A DNA stretch of 63,799 nt, the filler included, from Platydemus manokwari (taxonomy: Eukaryota), in assembly GCA_037951405.1 (NCBI GenBank). It is 5 parts of 5 records of this genome, joined end to end, with 100 filler letters (N's around TTAATTAATTAA, not from the genome) between each part and the next. Parts side by side here need not be neighbours in the genome. Positions count along the whole stretch, not along the records: positions 23,801 to 34,117 come from JBBMOY011125219.1; positions 34,218 to 51,522 come from JBBMOY011106997.1; 3 more parts are not named here. The stretch is one strand, 5' to 3'. Below, one piece after another: positions 27,601-41,800 of this stretch; positions within the stretch are counted from its first letter, which is position 1, and each line of letters begins with the position of its first letter. The notes beneath the pieces were generated by a model. That model did not search any database. It worked only from the letters and a program-made list of their open reading frames with translations, and was not told the origin of the DNA. The translations under genes were made by a program, and so were the position numbers.

Positions 27601-30483
27601 AGGTTGACGTTCGATAGATAGGCAGAAGTATAATAATTCAAAGAAAAAGTTTCTAATTGTAGACATAAATTTTATACGAAATGAAATTATTTTTCAATGT
27701 AGAGAGAAAATATGATCAATTAAATACCGATTGGAAAAAAATTTAATCGATATATTTGTAATTATTAATTTCATTTCTAATTTTTTTTGGGTTGGGGGGG
27801 GGGTGAATTTTTCCAGTTAAGCTTATCATTTGATCATATGATTCCTCTTCCATTCTATCTCACTCTCTTGAGTATCCTCATTCTTTGGCCAGAAATTTTT
27901 TTGTCGTCGTCATTTTGAAGTAAATCTTAGAGATTCGTATATGAAATTACCATTTTCCAAATTTGTCTGCCATCGAAATTTGATTTGCTCAATTTTCGTT
28001 TGGTCTATGACGTACAATATTGATTTTCTCTATCAGAAGAATTTCGATTGGTGATAGTTCTGTCAAAGAGAATCTAAGAATATTTTCAGGAAAAAAATAA
28101 TAGTGTTATTTTTTGTCACAGTCTTGTCAGTGGTTTCTGTACTTTTGCCATCGATGGGCAATTCATTCGACTTATAAGTCAATCGATTTGATTTGAATTT
28201 GTAATGATGGAAAATAAATAGATGATCAATATGGCCAATGGGATATTTTCAGAGAAAATATAAATAATATCCATTTTGTTGTCGATGTTGTTGTGGGAAA
28301 AATAATCAAAATATTTATCATGAAAATAAGTTGTGCTAACGACCACATGGGGACAGAAATCAAACATATCCGATAATCTTTATCGAGAGCCGCCTTTTTA
28401 TTTTGATTGAGTTTTGGTTGGTATTTATATCATCACATTTATTTTGGTGGTTTTAATGGAGGAAAATAATATTTCCCGTCGCGAATATTTATCAATGAGA
28501 TTCAGATCCGGATGAATAATGTGTATTCCAATGGATTCCTTTAATAGTTTCTCTGATTGTTTCTTTGTTTCTTTGATTATTTATATTTTTTTTCATTTCA
28601 ATTTCTTTCATGTGCTTCTCTTGATTTTGGTTATCATTTATTTTTCTGTATTTAGACTATAGCTATACTGATCGATCACAAAGTTTCAGATATGAACATC
28701 CATCTCAATATATTTTGATCTCTATTATCCCATGTTTGGCTCGACACATTAAATATTTATATTACTTTATCAAAACTCTTTCTAGCTTACACTGTTCTCC
28801 CATAAACGGAATGCTTCATAAAATAATTTTCAATAATAATAAATGCTAGGTGAAAATGTAAACCAAGCTCCCAATCCTTCAAAAATAAAATAGAAATCCG
28901 AATATAGAGATGTGTTCAGAGAGTCGTTTGTTAATGTTTGTAAAGAGAGACTTTATCAATCGAAAGAAAAGAAAAAGTCCATAAAAATCGATTTGTTTGT
29001 TATGATTGATATGGTTATATGGTCGAATTGCTACAGATGTTCACATCCAAGTTGTGTTAAAATTTCAATTGATCCAAACTTTACAGTTGCATAAGAAGTG
29101 TGCTTCTCTTATAAAAACCAGAAATAATAATCGAATAAAATTCAATTACGGAAAAATATTAATGTGTAAAAGAAAATCATACGTTTAACACATGAAATTT
29201 ATTTGAATTTTCATCAATAGATTAAGTTTGATGCACGTTAAGCTTGAAAAGAATGAAGAAAATGTGTTCAATTATTAGATAGAATTAACCTTTTGATATC
29301 CCGCAGTGTTCGATATTTTCTGAGAGTTTGAATGGGTTTTAAGGATCATCAATCAATGATGATAGTTAATAGGCAGAGAAAAGATTTAGAGAATGTTTCA
29401 GAGATCTAACAACATATTCAGTGAGATATTAGTGATAGGAAAAAATTAGTGAAAGAATAACAGAATTAAAGCAGTCGACAGCGACTTCTGAAATTTTAAC
29501 AAGACGGACTCTATTAAGCAAATCCAGACAGCTTTCTATAAACATAACATTAAAAAAAAACTATCACATTAACACCTACTCTTCCTATGATATAGCAAAG
29601 AATTAATTCCTAAAAAACGGGTAAAACCCGCATTCAAAAAAAACATTCCATTTGTCTGTCTTGGATTTTTGAATCTCACCTCGCTATTGTTATGTACGGC
29701 TTTAATTCATATAATTTAAAAATTCTTCTGTGCATTGTTTTAGTCAATAACTATCTCTCAGTTCATTCCTTCTCCCATATCGAAATTTGGTTTCGTGCTT
29801 GTTACTGGAGTTTTATCTATGTCCTCTTAGCAACATATTAAATAATATGATAATGTTTTCCCTTTATTTAATAAGACTCGTTTTATATTAAATACGTGCT
29901 TGAGAATTTTTCAAATCGAGCTCATTAAATAATTATATTCTGTTGTTTTACTGGATCATCGGAAGTGATCTATAAATGCGTCGATTTTCTCTTAATCATT
30001 GAGAACTGAGTTCAAAAGCATACAAATAACATCTTTATCACACGGTTTCTGAAATGATTATCATGAAATCCTTTGAGGTAATCTTTAATAACCACATTTC
30101 TAAGGATTTAAATAAAGGTATTTCTATTGACAAGGTATTTTCACAATACTGGTTTTGAAGTCACTAATTTTATTCTTTATTTGTTAGGGATGCTGGATTA
30201 CTTATTGAATAAGGGACAGCTCTGACCAGTTTCGTACTCCTTTCAGTATGGAATAAGGATTCCAATCAATCCACATACTTGTGAATTCAATACTTTACTA
30301 TCACAAATCACTTGGTCCACTGAAACCTATTACAATGGTTTTTAGGTTTCATTTGAAGAATAAGAAAGATTTTTACTGCAAATAAATGGCTGGACATCCA
30401 GAATCTTGAAGAATGTTATCAACCGGTCAAGTGCAAATCGAATAAACATATAGAATTTTATATGTATCTGCCAATTTGAATTA

Positions 30484-30685
30484 CCGTATTTTCTGGACTA
30501 TAATGCGCACCCTAACTATGAGTTGACTGATTCATGTATTAAATAAAATTTAAAACGTATAGCAAGATTTAATGTTCTTCATCATCGAAAATATCACATT
30601 CGCTTATATTAACATCATCACCATCTTTTTTTAATATTCCAGCCTTAACACAACCTTAAAAAATCTAAAAGTCCTGAAAATACAG
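30484..30685. mobile_element. pogo-type MITE (about 200 bp)
   Basis: TA|CCGTATTTTCTGGACT ... AGTCCTGAAAATACAG|TA (TIR 14/16). The interior encodes an acidic transposase-tail-like peptide on the minus strand. Confidence 0.75.
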
Positions 30686-33600
30686 TAATATGAAATTACG
30701 AAAGAACTATATAATTCGAAATTGGCACTACCTTCGAAAGGGTCACGAAATCGATAGACATTAAAAAAAATATAATTTCTAATATTGCACAAGTTTCGAA
30801 ATAATTTTAACTCGCGATTTTATTGGTGTGGGAATACACAATAATGAAAATCCTACAATGACTTGCTTTACAAGTTTCTCCCTATTTATTAAAATAATAT
30901 AATTAAATTAAGCCTGGAGAAAATTTTATGCATTATCTACCATGTCGAAATCATTGACCAAATACGCCTTCTGTATTAAATAATTAATAATCTACGGGCA
31001 GATTTCGTTGTAAAAAAAGACATTTCACATTCAAAGAACACGCTGATTCATTGGGCAGCGTGGCATAGCAGCTATCTCACTTAATTTAAGGGGTGTGTCT
31101 AAATCCAGAATTTTACATAGACACCGATTTTTGAGATAGTAAGTGTAACCGTTTTCGCTGTCGTGACATCATTATCGTATCTTTGTCGGAGATTAATTGG
31201 CGGACAACGTACCATCAACTTACAATGTCGATTTGGACAGCTTGTCACTTCAAGACGTCGGTCATTCAATTATCTGAATCACAGAAAGGTCAAATAACGC
31301 TTATAAATATTTCTGAAGTTAAATTGATTTATTCTAAAATATCCGCCCTAACTATCGATTAATAATAAATTGGAATTAATAATAATAATATTTATAAAAA
31401 TAATATAATCAATATATAAATGAAAATATTAAATCGAATAATAATAGAAATAATAGTATTAATAATAATCATCATAATCATAAATATTGAGAATCCATAG
31501 GAGACTGATATTTTTGTAGTCTTCTCATCCAATCAAAGCTTGGCTATCTTTCATTGGTTCTGACTATTTTTTTAAGAATGATTCTTATGGGTGATATTAG
31601 AATCCATTTCCAAATCTTGTATAGTCAGGATTTTGTCCAATTTTTGATCAAGTTTGCTTATCTAGGCATTCATTTATTACTTTTTTTATAATATTAATGA
31701 ATCTATTTAGGTGGTTCCCAAAATGTTTTTGATTTACCTTTTACATACAGTGCATGTAAGAACTTTCTCAACATTATCTGCAAAACTTTCTTCGCTGAAT
31801 AGAAAAATGAGAATAACGAAGTTTTCCTGGTTTGAAAATGAATTTCTTTTGTCCATATAAAGCTCTATTTATGCAAATCAATGAACCATTGATCCATACA
31901 TCGAGATGCACATAAAAAATTATAAATATCTTTATGATAAAACACTCAAAGTAATTATCATTTCCTACCCTATTTAACCTTGTACTAATCCCAAATTAAA
32001 CCAAAGTTTAAAGAGCGATTTATAAAGAACCTTTCTACCAGATTTACCATAAATCTAGTTGATAAGCTTGTAACCATGGTAAGGTTGTTCTGAAAAATTA
32101 TAAGACATAGTAACTAAAACAAATCATAATAAAGTACCAAAAGATGTTGAAAAGAAGGAATCTGTTGTGAATGGTTCAATAATTAAAGATGATTTCGGAC
32201 ATAAAGAGAATCACAATCCAGATTGAAAAAGCAGAAATGAACCATTCATAATAAAAACGAAACAAAAAAACAAGAGTTTAATCTCTTTGGAATTCAAAGC
32301 TCCAGGTGACAATTTCTTCGACCAGATTTTTCTCCTACAGACATGTAATCTATTTAAGAAAGTAATAGGTCGTTTATCCCCATTCATTACATTATCATAT
32401 GGAAATTTATCAGTTGCTGTATTGAGAACTATTCCATTTCATTTATCAAAAAAGAGTTCCAGTAGACTTTGAACTTGGCATTCAAGGAATTGTTATTAAA
32501 ATTTCAAATTTGAAGCCAATAGATCACTAATCGATATATTTAGAAAGAGAGACCCATTTATCAAAGAGCAGATAAAGCTAATGATATGAAATGGATATAA
32601 AATGAACAGCAATTAAAATAAAACAAAATCTAAACACTGGAAATCAATAGACCGACTGAATAACTTACCGAATTTCGATCTTTCAATCAAGAGATAAACC
32701 AAAGAAAAGCACGATTGAGAAAGATAAATTAACACAAGTATTGATTTATTTAATACAATTTTAAACCAACTGAAAATTTTGAATTAATTTGTGAAGAAAT
32801 TTTTCAGCCAATTGATATATGATTTGTTAGTAGCGGCTACTTCACTTACAATTGATGTTTCAACAAAAGAAGTCATTGTTACGATTTTCTTAATATTTAT
32901 TTAATAACAAATCAAACATTTTTCAAACAAATTTCTGGAGAGCTTTTTCGTTTTCAATCTTCATCAGGTATAGATATAAATAATTAAATGACTTTGTTTT
33001 AAACAATCAAATATAAATGAAATTTTAAAATATTAAATTCCATAATTTATTAAATTATTTTATATCGAAATTAAAAATTATTTATATTTAAATTAAACCT
33101 CACAAAGCGCTTATTGAATTGCGACACAAAATTATATTTAACTAAAATTATTTAAAAAAATTAATATATATAAAATCGGATTATGAAATCTTTAATATTC
33201 TAACAAATATAATATATAATAATAAATAATGAATAATATATAAAAATAATATATAATGATAATATGTGGTGATTATAGATAATATATAATATTATCATAT
33301 AATTGCAAAATTAGGAAATTAATTTGTTCTTCATTTCTAAAGTTGTGTCCCTTATAGTATACAGATGTACAGTACATTAATCAATAAATAATTGGAATTA
33401 TATAGATATGTTTATGTTTCCGTGAAGAGTATAACCCTGATAATTAAATGATTTCCTATAAGTTTCACAAACATGAAAACAGTTTCAAAATTTCCTTAAG
33501 AATACCAACAGAGATAACTTCTGGCTATTTTCATAAACTTCTCAAATGTCAGGTACCGAAGTAAGTTATTGAAAATACTTCTAAGCTACTTACAGCTTAT

Positions 33601-34046
33601 GCAACTAGACTTGTAAATAAAGACATAATGTCCTTATTAATCATTTCACCGTATTAAATGGCAATAAAAAGAGTTATCACCGCTCTTTAAATACGACATT
33701 TTCAAAGCCATTCCTTCGATGTGCTTCCAGTTCACGTGATCACATTCGACATGATCATTACTATTTACAAATTCGAAATTTCTCTTCTTCTAACCTTTAT
33801 ATATATTATACTTTATTATTACTCATTTCCATCTTTATAGTTATTACTATTTATTACTATATTATTTTATATTTTAAATGTTTTTATTATCTTTCTATTT
33901 ATACTTATTACTTCATTTCTTATTACTTTTACTACTCTAAGTGAATTCTGAGGCCTACCATAATATATAATCTTATTATAAAGATTAAAGGAAATATTAA
34001 TTGCGATAATAGTAATAATATTTTTCAGAAATAGTGAAAACAAATG

Positions 34047-34117
<71 letters not shown>
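34047..34117. repeat. (AAT)n microsatellite running into a gap
   Basis: Direct reading of the sequence. Confidence 0.97.
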
Positions 34118-34217
34118 NNNNNNNNNNNNNNNNNNNNNNNNNNNNNNNNNNNNNNNNNNNNTTAATTAATTAANNNNNNNNNNNNNNNNNNNNNNNNNNN
34201 NNNNNNNNNNNNNNNNN
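34118..34217. other. Assembly gap spacer
   Basis: N44-TTAATTAATTAA-N44. Confidence 0.97.
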
Positions 34218-34982
34218 TATCTGCAAATGGAAAATATTTTGATTGAATTTCATTAAATAAATATTTTAAAAAATGTTTTTGTTTTTAAAAAAAAAGCCGG
34301 AGTCATAGTAATACACCTAATAATTTAAAAAATTATTTATTTATTTAAGCTTTTTCTTCTTTTATTGGTAGCGAAACCAATACATCTTCTCAAATGTATG
34401 CTGAATCCACGTCTCATGTTGTATTACAGGTGGTCGATTTTATATAATGGTTCGGTTTGGATTTCTGTTGTTCTCGTTTATAAATATTTAAATCGCCTTC
34501 TTAACAGAATCTTTATAATATAAAAGAATTTCCATTTCATCTAATGTACGGGTTTATGTTGTTAGCCTGATCATCATAAATTTTATTTAAATTATTGAGA
34601 CCGACACACGCAAATTAAATCGGATTAAGTGTGTGAGTGTTGAGTTTGTATTTGTTAGCCTGTTAATTTTATATAGAAAAAGGACCATTGAATAAATTTA
34701 TAAATCCCCGTGTCAGAACTGCAATTTTTTATTTATAAACATCAAATTTTATTATTTTAATAACAAAAGTTTCTGTGCCTTTTATGATTTTTGTAAGAAC
34801 TTATTGACAACCCACAGAACTCCATGTACAGATAGACATAGAACATAAAGGGCAACATGAATATTTAGTCTTGGTTGAAGTGTTGAACTTGTATATTCAA
34901 CAGGTCTGGGGAATGATTTTTTAAGAGATTTTCATTAAATCAATGAAATATCGCACTTATTAATGATATATAACGACATCAA

Positions 34983-35902
34983 TTAAAAGAAATATCTCAT
35001 ATACATTATCACAGCAATTATTTGGAAGAACTTGATTCCACTGATGATACTTGTTAGAGTGATCATGATTGTCTTCATCGATCCGATCCGAGTTAAACAA
35101 CCCTAGAAATTAATAAACGATTATATAATCCTTTATTATTATTATTATTATTTTACTACCTTGTCAAATGCAATTGACGCCAGACAATGTCTTGTTGTGT
35201 TTCCACAACAACTTGTTGGTATTTTCTTCCAGTCTTTTATTCCGATGAATCCGCAGCATGAAAACTTTATAAAATAAAAATTAATAATAATAATTATTAT
35301 TATTATTAAAATAATTTAATTACTCTTTGCTGGTATTTATCAACCGACATTTGAAGAAGTCGATTCGAGGAATAACTGTTGTTGAGTATTTGTACAATGC
35401 TCTGTGATACATCTCGATCAATATTCTGCAATGAGAAACCATCAATTTTAGATTAATTTCCATTATTATCATCGCTTACTTGTTTCGATTGAATTCTAGA
35501 GTAAATCAATAAAGATACTGACACGCCGCAAATTAATCCCAGTTGCATGATATGCTAGAATACATTATAATATACACGTATGGTAATCATTTACAAAGGA
35601 ATACTTACAACAATTAGCAATAATCGTGAACGCTTGATGATGGCAAAGAAGAAAGTGTAAATCGTTAGACAAATCAATGAAGAAGATCCCAATGCAAACA
35701 TGCTCAAATATGGAATGACCAAACTGTTATTAGTGGTATATATTGAGATCATTGATAAAAATATAGCTGATGATGCCAATATCTGTAATGGATAAAGGTT
35801 TAATAAAAAGCAATAAGACAGTGATGATAAATATCTTACAATTAGAATGAATGTTGCGGTAAGAATGAATAAAATGTCGAGCATCTTCTTCAGAAAAGCC
35901 AT
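34983..35902 (-). CDS. Tetraspanin, about 231 aa; exons 35902-35609, 35554-35480, 35425-35324, 35264-35160, 35102-34983
   Basis: Four phase-0 GT-AG introns (54-59 nt). The large extracellular loop has VDKYQQR|FSCCGFIGIKDWKKIPTSCCG...C...|GCL (CCG, DW, PxSCC, GC motifs), flanked by hydrophobic TM segments. Start codon uncertain. Confidence 0.88.
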
Positions 35903-38833
35903 TGTAAAGGAATATGATTTGGTAATGTACAGAATTATTCAAACAATGTATTGATGACGTCATTTCCTTAATTATATCATTGACTGCGGAATCAAGTCCG
36001 TAACAATATCAGTTGTTGGCATTATTGTTAATTTCATTTATAAACTTATTATTAATAATAAAATACAATTTCAGAATATCTAATTATTGGGAATGCACTG
36101 AAATTTCATCAAAAGATGAAAAAAAATTCTCTAAAGCAAAAAAAATTAATTATTTCAAGATATAATTGTGGCTAATTATTTTAAAATATTATAATCATAT
36201 TTATACGTAATATGCCCAATATATGCAACTCTCTATTTGATAGATTTATATCTACTCCAATTTTAAACATTAAATATTTTCCTGGTGTAGAGCACAACCA
36301 TAATCGTTACCTAATCAAGCTAATCTGATTTCAAAGAACAAGTTGATCATTAAGATTTATCATTTATTGCGATGCACAAACGTTCTACAATAATAAAAAC
36401 ACAAGGGCCCAGTACTTAAATAGAATCGTCAAATAAAATCGGATCTAGGCTACATACCACTTGATAATACCGGTCAAGCGATCTGATCCTGACCTTACTA
36501 TTACGAGCGTAGATGCTACTGCAACACTAATTTTCAGTATAGAAATTTTAGAGACGCTATAAACAAAATATAAAGAAGATTTAAACAATAATATCGAGAT
36601 GATATAGAGTTGAAAAGAAAGAGAAATTTTATATAAATAAATATTTGGAGAATTTGATACAGAAATAATTAAAAATTTGGAGGAAATCAAAGATTTTTAA
36701 AAAAGAAGATGGGAGGATTCATAATGAATTGAAATTCGAAAAATTTTTATATTTGAGATTTATAATTTCTTAAAGGAAATTCTGCAATGATAATACAGTT
36801 TCATATTAGAGATAAAGTCGTGTTTGAAGTCTTATCGCATCACTTAAATTTTGTGCAAACAATTCAACATTAGTCAACATTGTTATAATAACAGGAACAT
36901 TTTAGAATAAACCTGTGTTGTCATATCATAAATTAGAGCTCGGTTGGGAATTATTAGTATGAGCTATGACATTTTGGTTAGACCGACACAATCAAGAACC
37001 ATCGAAGGAGTAATAAAAAGACATTATTTATCGAAAAGAATTTTCTTAAATGATCTAGGTAATCACGTGTCAGTTAAGAAAATTTGATATAAATCGAATC
37101 ATAGGAGCAACTTGCTTATTTTTGGTTTGTAGTGTATCACGTTGTTAGTAAAACTCGACACTGAGTTTTCATGAAATAAATGAAAGTTTTGTTTTTCTTT
37201 ATTTGTTATATTACAATGACACTAATTGTTTTTATGAAACTTAAATTTATTAATCATATATACAAATTAACCCCATCATCAAGAACAAATATGTTTTCTA
37301 AATGAGACCACAAGTACTATTAAGCGTCCTAAAGATTTTTAAAGTGACAGATTTTTCATATGTTAACTTCTGTCCAAAAGGTTTTTCTGTCTTGCTATAG
37401 AAATACTATACTAATATTTCCATTTCCATTAATTCTACACTGTTATTTTTAATATTTTTGACTTTTAGTTCTCCTCAACACCTCTAACTGATTTTTGGGT
37501 TGTGATGAAAAATGGTGTTATTCTCACCACTCATTTCAAAACTTCAATCTAGAATTCTCGAGCTCATTGGAGAGAAATACGATTTAAACTATTTCAAAAT
37601 TTCGAAAATATTATAAATCATTAACAAAAGACAGGTCTCTCGAATGTATGAGTAAAAAGACTAATTTTTAGTGATTTATTACAAGTTTCATTGGGGATTA
37701 TTACTGTAAAATTAGAAAAACTACTTAATAGATGATGCACATATAGTAAAAAACTTAGAAAAATTGAGAAAATATATAAGATACATCAAAAATTTTATGA
37801 ATTGGTATTTTGCTAAATCCGTTTGTAAAACTATTTTTATCGATAATTTGTATTTTCAGGAATACATTTAGGCTAGGATGATAATTTGTATTAAATAAGG
37901 ACTTAATGGGATTACGATCGATATAGTATTTAATGATTAAAAGAGCTAACATGAACACCTTCATAAACATTTCTGTTGAAAATTTAAACAAATTAATCGT
38001 CAGAAAGTTATCATTAATTTCAGATAATAAGCTTAAGAAGTCAAAGTAAATATCAAATAAATAATGATTTCCAAAGGTTATTATTCTTCTCGAAATTCCA
38101 ATTATAGGTTGGAATTCATAATGTTTGAAATTAATTTTGCATTATTCTTGATTGCTTTGTCATTTGATACTAATTATTTTTCAAACTATTTTTAAGATTA
38201 GTTGTTCTGGCTATTTGAGAAAGAAATAGCAAGTATATATTTGTTATCACAAAAGTATCAATTTTTATAATTTTGTGTACACAACTGTTTTCAGATTTTC
38301 ATAATATCAAAACTAAGATAATTTGGTGAATGTGGTTAAAATAAATTTTAATTATCTTTTTTGTGAAAAATATTCTAAGATAATTTATAAATTAAAATGT
38401 TTTAAAGGTTTAGTAAATTTCACTATACGCTATAAAATTCTTTACAAACCATTCGGTACTTTCACTATTCACTTAGTCCACAAAATCCTTTGAAAATAAC
38501 TTATTAATAACTTTATCTATGAGCTGCACATAGATTACTTAAATTATAAAATATTTTCGAATATTACTTTTTTTAACACTGCTATCCTACTTCTATAAAG
38601 TATAAAAATTCTTTAGGTTGTCATTTAAAAATGTTTTATGAATCAGATTTTAAAACAAAATTAATAATTCACTTCAAAATTAATTAATTGTAATAAAATT
38701 CTACATAATAAGATTAGTCAATTTATATGCAAATGCTTTGTTTAATTAATCTAGTTTATTTCACTTTTAAAACATTTTTCCTTTATTATTTTATTATAAG
38801 TTTAAATTTTTGATGAATTTTTGAATATTTGAA

Positions 38834-41800
38834 ATGGATAAAGATAAAGATAATTCTAAAAGCAAAGAATTAAGTAAGAAGACATCGTTTTTCACTAAAC
38901 CAAAGGGTAAAAAAGACAAAAAGGAAAATAAAACTTCTATAAAAGAAAGTTCACCAGTGTCAGATAATCAAAATATAGATATTGATGAAGTTAATGAGAG
39001 ATTCGAAAAATTTCTGGATGACATGAATATCCCTGGCGATAAAAAAGATGCTCTGCGTGAGAAGCCAGTGGAAATAAAATTCCAAATGATGAAAAATAGT
39101 GTATCAGCTCAAAGCAAACGAATCAGTGATTACATTGATTTATTGAAACAAATACTGCGAGAAAAATTAACGGAAACTCAAATTAGTGAAAATCTTGATT
39201 CGGTACGAATAATTTTGAATAGTTGTCCTGTGTCATCAATTAAAGAGTTTAATAATGAAACCAATGATGGTTTAAATCTTCTTATACAAGTATTAAATTC
39301 ACTGATTGACACGCAAGATAGTTCGGTGGTGTGTTTGAAATGTTTTCGAGCATTTGCCAATTGTGGATATGGATTATTCAAGATCATGGAGAACGAAAAT
39401 GCCATGCTAGCTATCGCCAATTGTTTAAAACCACAAAACACTCATCTAATGAGTGCCGCCGTAGAAATTCTCACAATCCTCACGTTCTACAGTGCAAAAT
39501 CCTATCAAAACGTAATGGAAGCTCTCTTCAAGTCTTCGAAATTCAACAATTACGAAAGTCGATTTTCGCCTCTGATCGAGGGCGTCAAGAAATTCAACAG
39601 CGAATACGAACAAGAATCTTTGAGTCTCGCATGTAGTCGCTTCATCAACGTTATCGTTTCGCCTAGATTCGTCGACTCATCGAGTCAACCACTCGACGAA
39701 TATTATCGCCTACATTTGCGTCGAGAATTTGTCAATTATGGATTATTGCAAGTTTATGACGAATTACTTGCCAATGAAAAGCTCAAGCTTACTCACGAAC
39801 AAATCAATCGTTTCCTTCAAGAATACGAAATCGACGAAGAAGAAGTCATCGAGAAATCCGAGACCATTATTCGCGCGTTCGGGGACGCCGGTGACATTTT
39901 CCGCATTCTCAATCGCTCAATCGCCAACACGAATTGCGAGAAAAATTTTCGAAACATTTTATCGAGCTTGATAATCGTCCGTGATGATCCGATTCGTGAC
40001 GAATTGTTCCGGTTCATTGATCAAGTTGTAGCGGAAATCGTGCTACAGGATGAGAACGGCTTCTGTCCTGATCCGACGTTGAGGAAATTCGATAAAATCT
40101 CATTGAAAAAGTTTTTCGATGAAGACCAAATGGAAGAGCTGAAGAAAGAATTGGACGCGGAGAAATTGCAGAAACAAGAATGTCTAATGAAATTGGAGAT
40201 GTACAAATCGAGGGAAAAAGCTGACGATAAGACGAGCAACGTGAGTTTCCCCAAGGCAAAAGAACTAATTAAAAACGCTGAAGCGAGGAAAATCGATGGT
40301 GCGTAACGATTTTTTTATTTATTTATTTTTTCAGATAAATAATTCATTTAGTTAGTATAATTATCGATTGATTGAAAATAATTTTACTAATCGATTTTGG
40401 TGCTGGCAAGATTGCTGGTGATTTATTATTTGTGCGGCCTTCACATTTGAAATTAAGCTTATCAAGTGACTCTTAAAATCACAAGATTTGTAGAATGCTG
40501 CTTGTTATTGATTGTCGGTTGTGCGGTGTGCCTTCAACATCGTGCTCGTTGTTCTCGCGGTTGTTCTCAGCGGATTATCTCTGCTGTTATCCCAAATTAT
40601 TGGCCGTATTATATAATTCGATATTTTATCATTATCCATTCGATTATCGACATTTACAAGCCGAGCTGAATGTGTGAATAACATTTTGATGTGCATTCGA
40701 TTGATTGTATGAGGCTGTGAATAATAGATTATGAGATTCACCGTTGCCAAGGTTACATCAAATATGACTAATAAATCCACGATACCGATTTCAGAGAAGT
40801 TAGATTTCTGACAAAATCTGTCTGCCGCCCACACAGACACACTGAGCACATTTTGATTTCCGTGTTCGTCTGTCGATGAAACTGTTACCATACGTCAGCA
40901 CTTGCTGTTTGTAGAAATTTTGTCCGAAATTTCAATGGCCATGAAATAGAGATGGTTACATTTGGCCTCTAACAAGAAATTGTACTCTTTAAAAGATTCC
41001 AATTGCGCCGGTACCTGTGTACAGAAATAAATAATTTTTCATCAATTGAAAATTGATAAGATTTTTGACATTTCGATAGACAGAAATTCGTTATATTTTT
41101 CAAAGTTGATAACAAAATCTTATCAAAACTTTATCTACAATCTCGTGTTCCAGTGAGCTAGATCAATTATTTCGTAATAAATATTTACTTTTCAATTTTT
41201 ACTTTTGTCTATCGAAAATTATCTGATTTTTTTTTCTCGCGATATCGCTTAAAATATGAATCAATACATCCCGCCACTCACAAGGTTCTAGCTAACCAAT
41301 AATTACGAGAATCGATCATACATTTGTATACATTCATAATATAATTAAAATCAACAAAAATTATTTTTATGAAAATTTATTCAATCTGTTATGCCACATG
41401 TGTCCGAGTGTGATCTGTTATTACATTTATTATTGCTCATTTAAAAATGATGATCATTTATACACAAATATCGGCTAAAGTTAAGAAAAGGGGTCCTAAA
41501 ATGAAATTTTTAATTTGTTGAGTGTATTGCAAAAATCTATATGGTTTATTTGATTATATTCTTTAATAAAATTCGGAATTCAGTACTTCAGAAGAATTTA
41601 AGTTAAAATTTTAAAATATTAAATGAAGAAGAGCTTTAAAATCTTCAGGAATTTGATTATTTGAAAAAAGAAAAAAAGTAGATCGAATTGCCATTTATTG
41701 AAAATCAGCGAGGAATCCTTTTTAACATTAGAAGCCAAAATTGAGAGATGATCTCAATTTTTACAATTATTTGATAAAAATAACCAATGATATTATTAAA

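Noticed and set aside
31086-31300. TTAA-GGGG start and GC-richer block, possibly a Kolobok or piggyBac end
   Set aside because: No matching opposite terminus found.
32100-32472. Possible LINE ORF1-like or spliced-gene remnant
   Set aside because: Multiple stops and no diagnostic motif.
35730-35963. Faint resemblance of SIHCLNN...IIFLYNGFSEED to a GT8 glycosyltransferase N-terminus
   Set aside because: Too short, no DxD motif, and overlaps the tetraspanin; likely coincidence.
39178-40259. Several short ORFs overlapping formin exon 1
   Set aside because: Alternative-frame or antisense by-products of a GC-richer coding exon.
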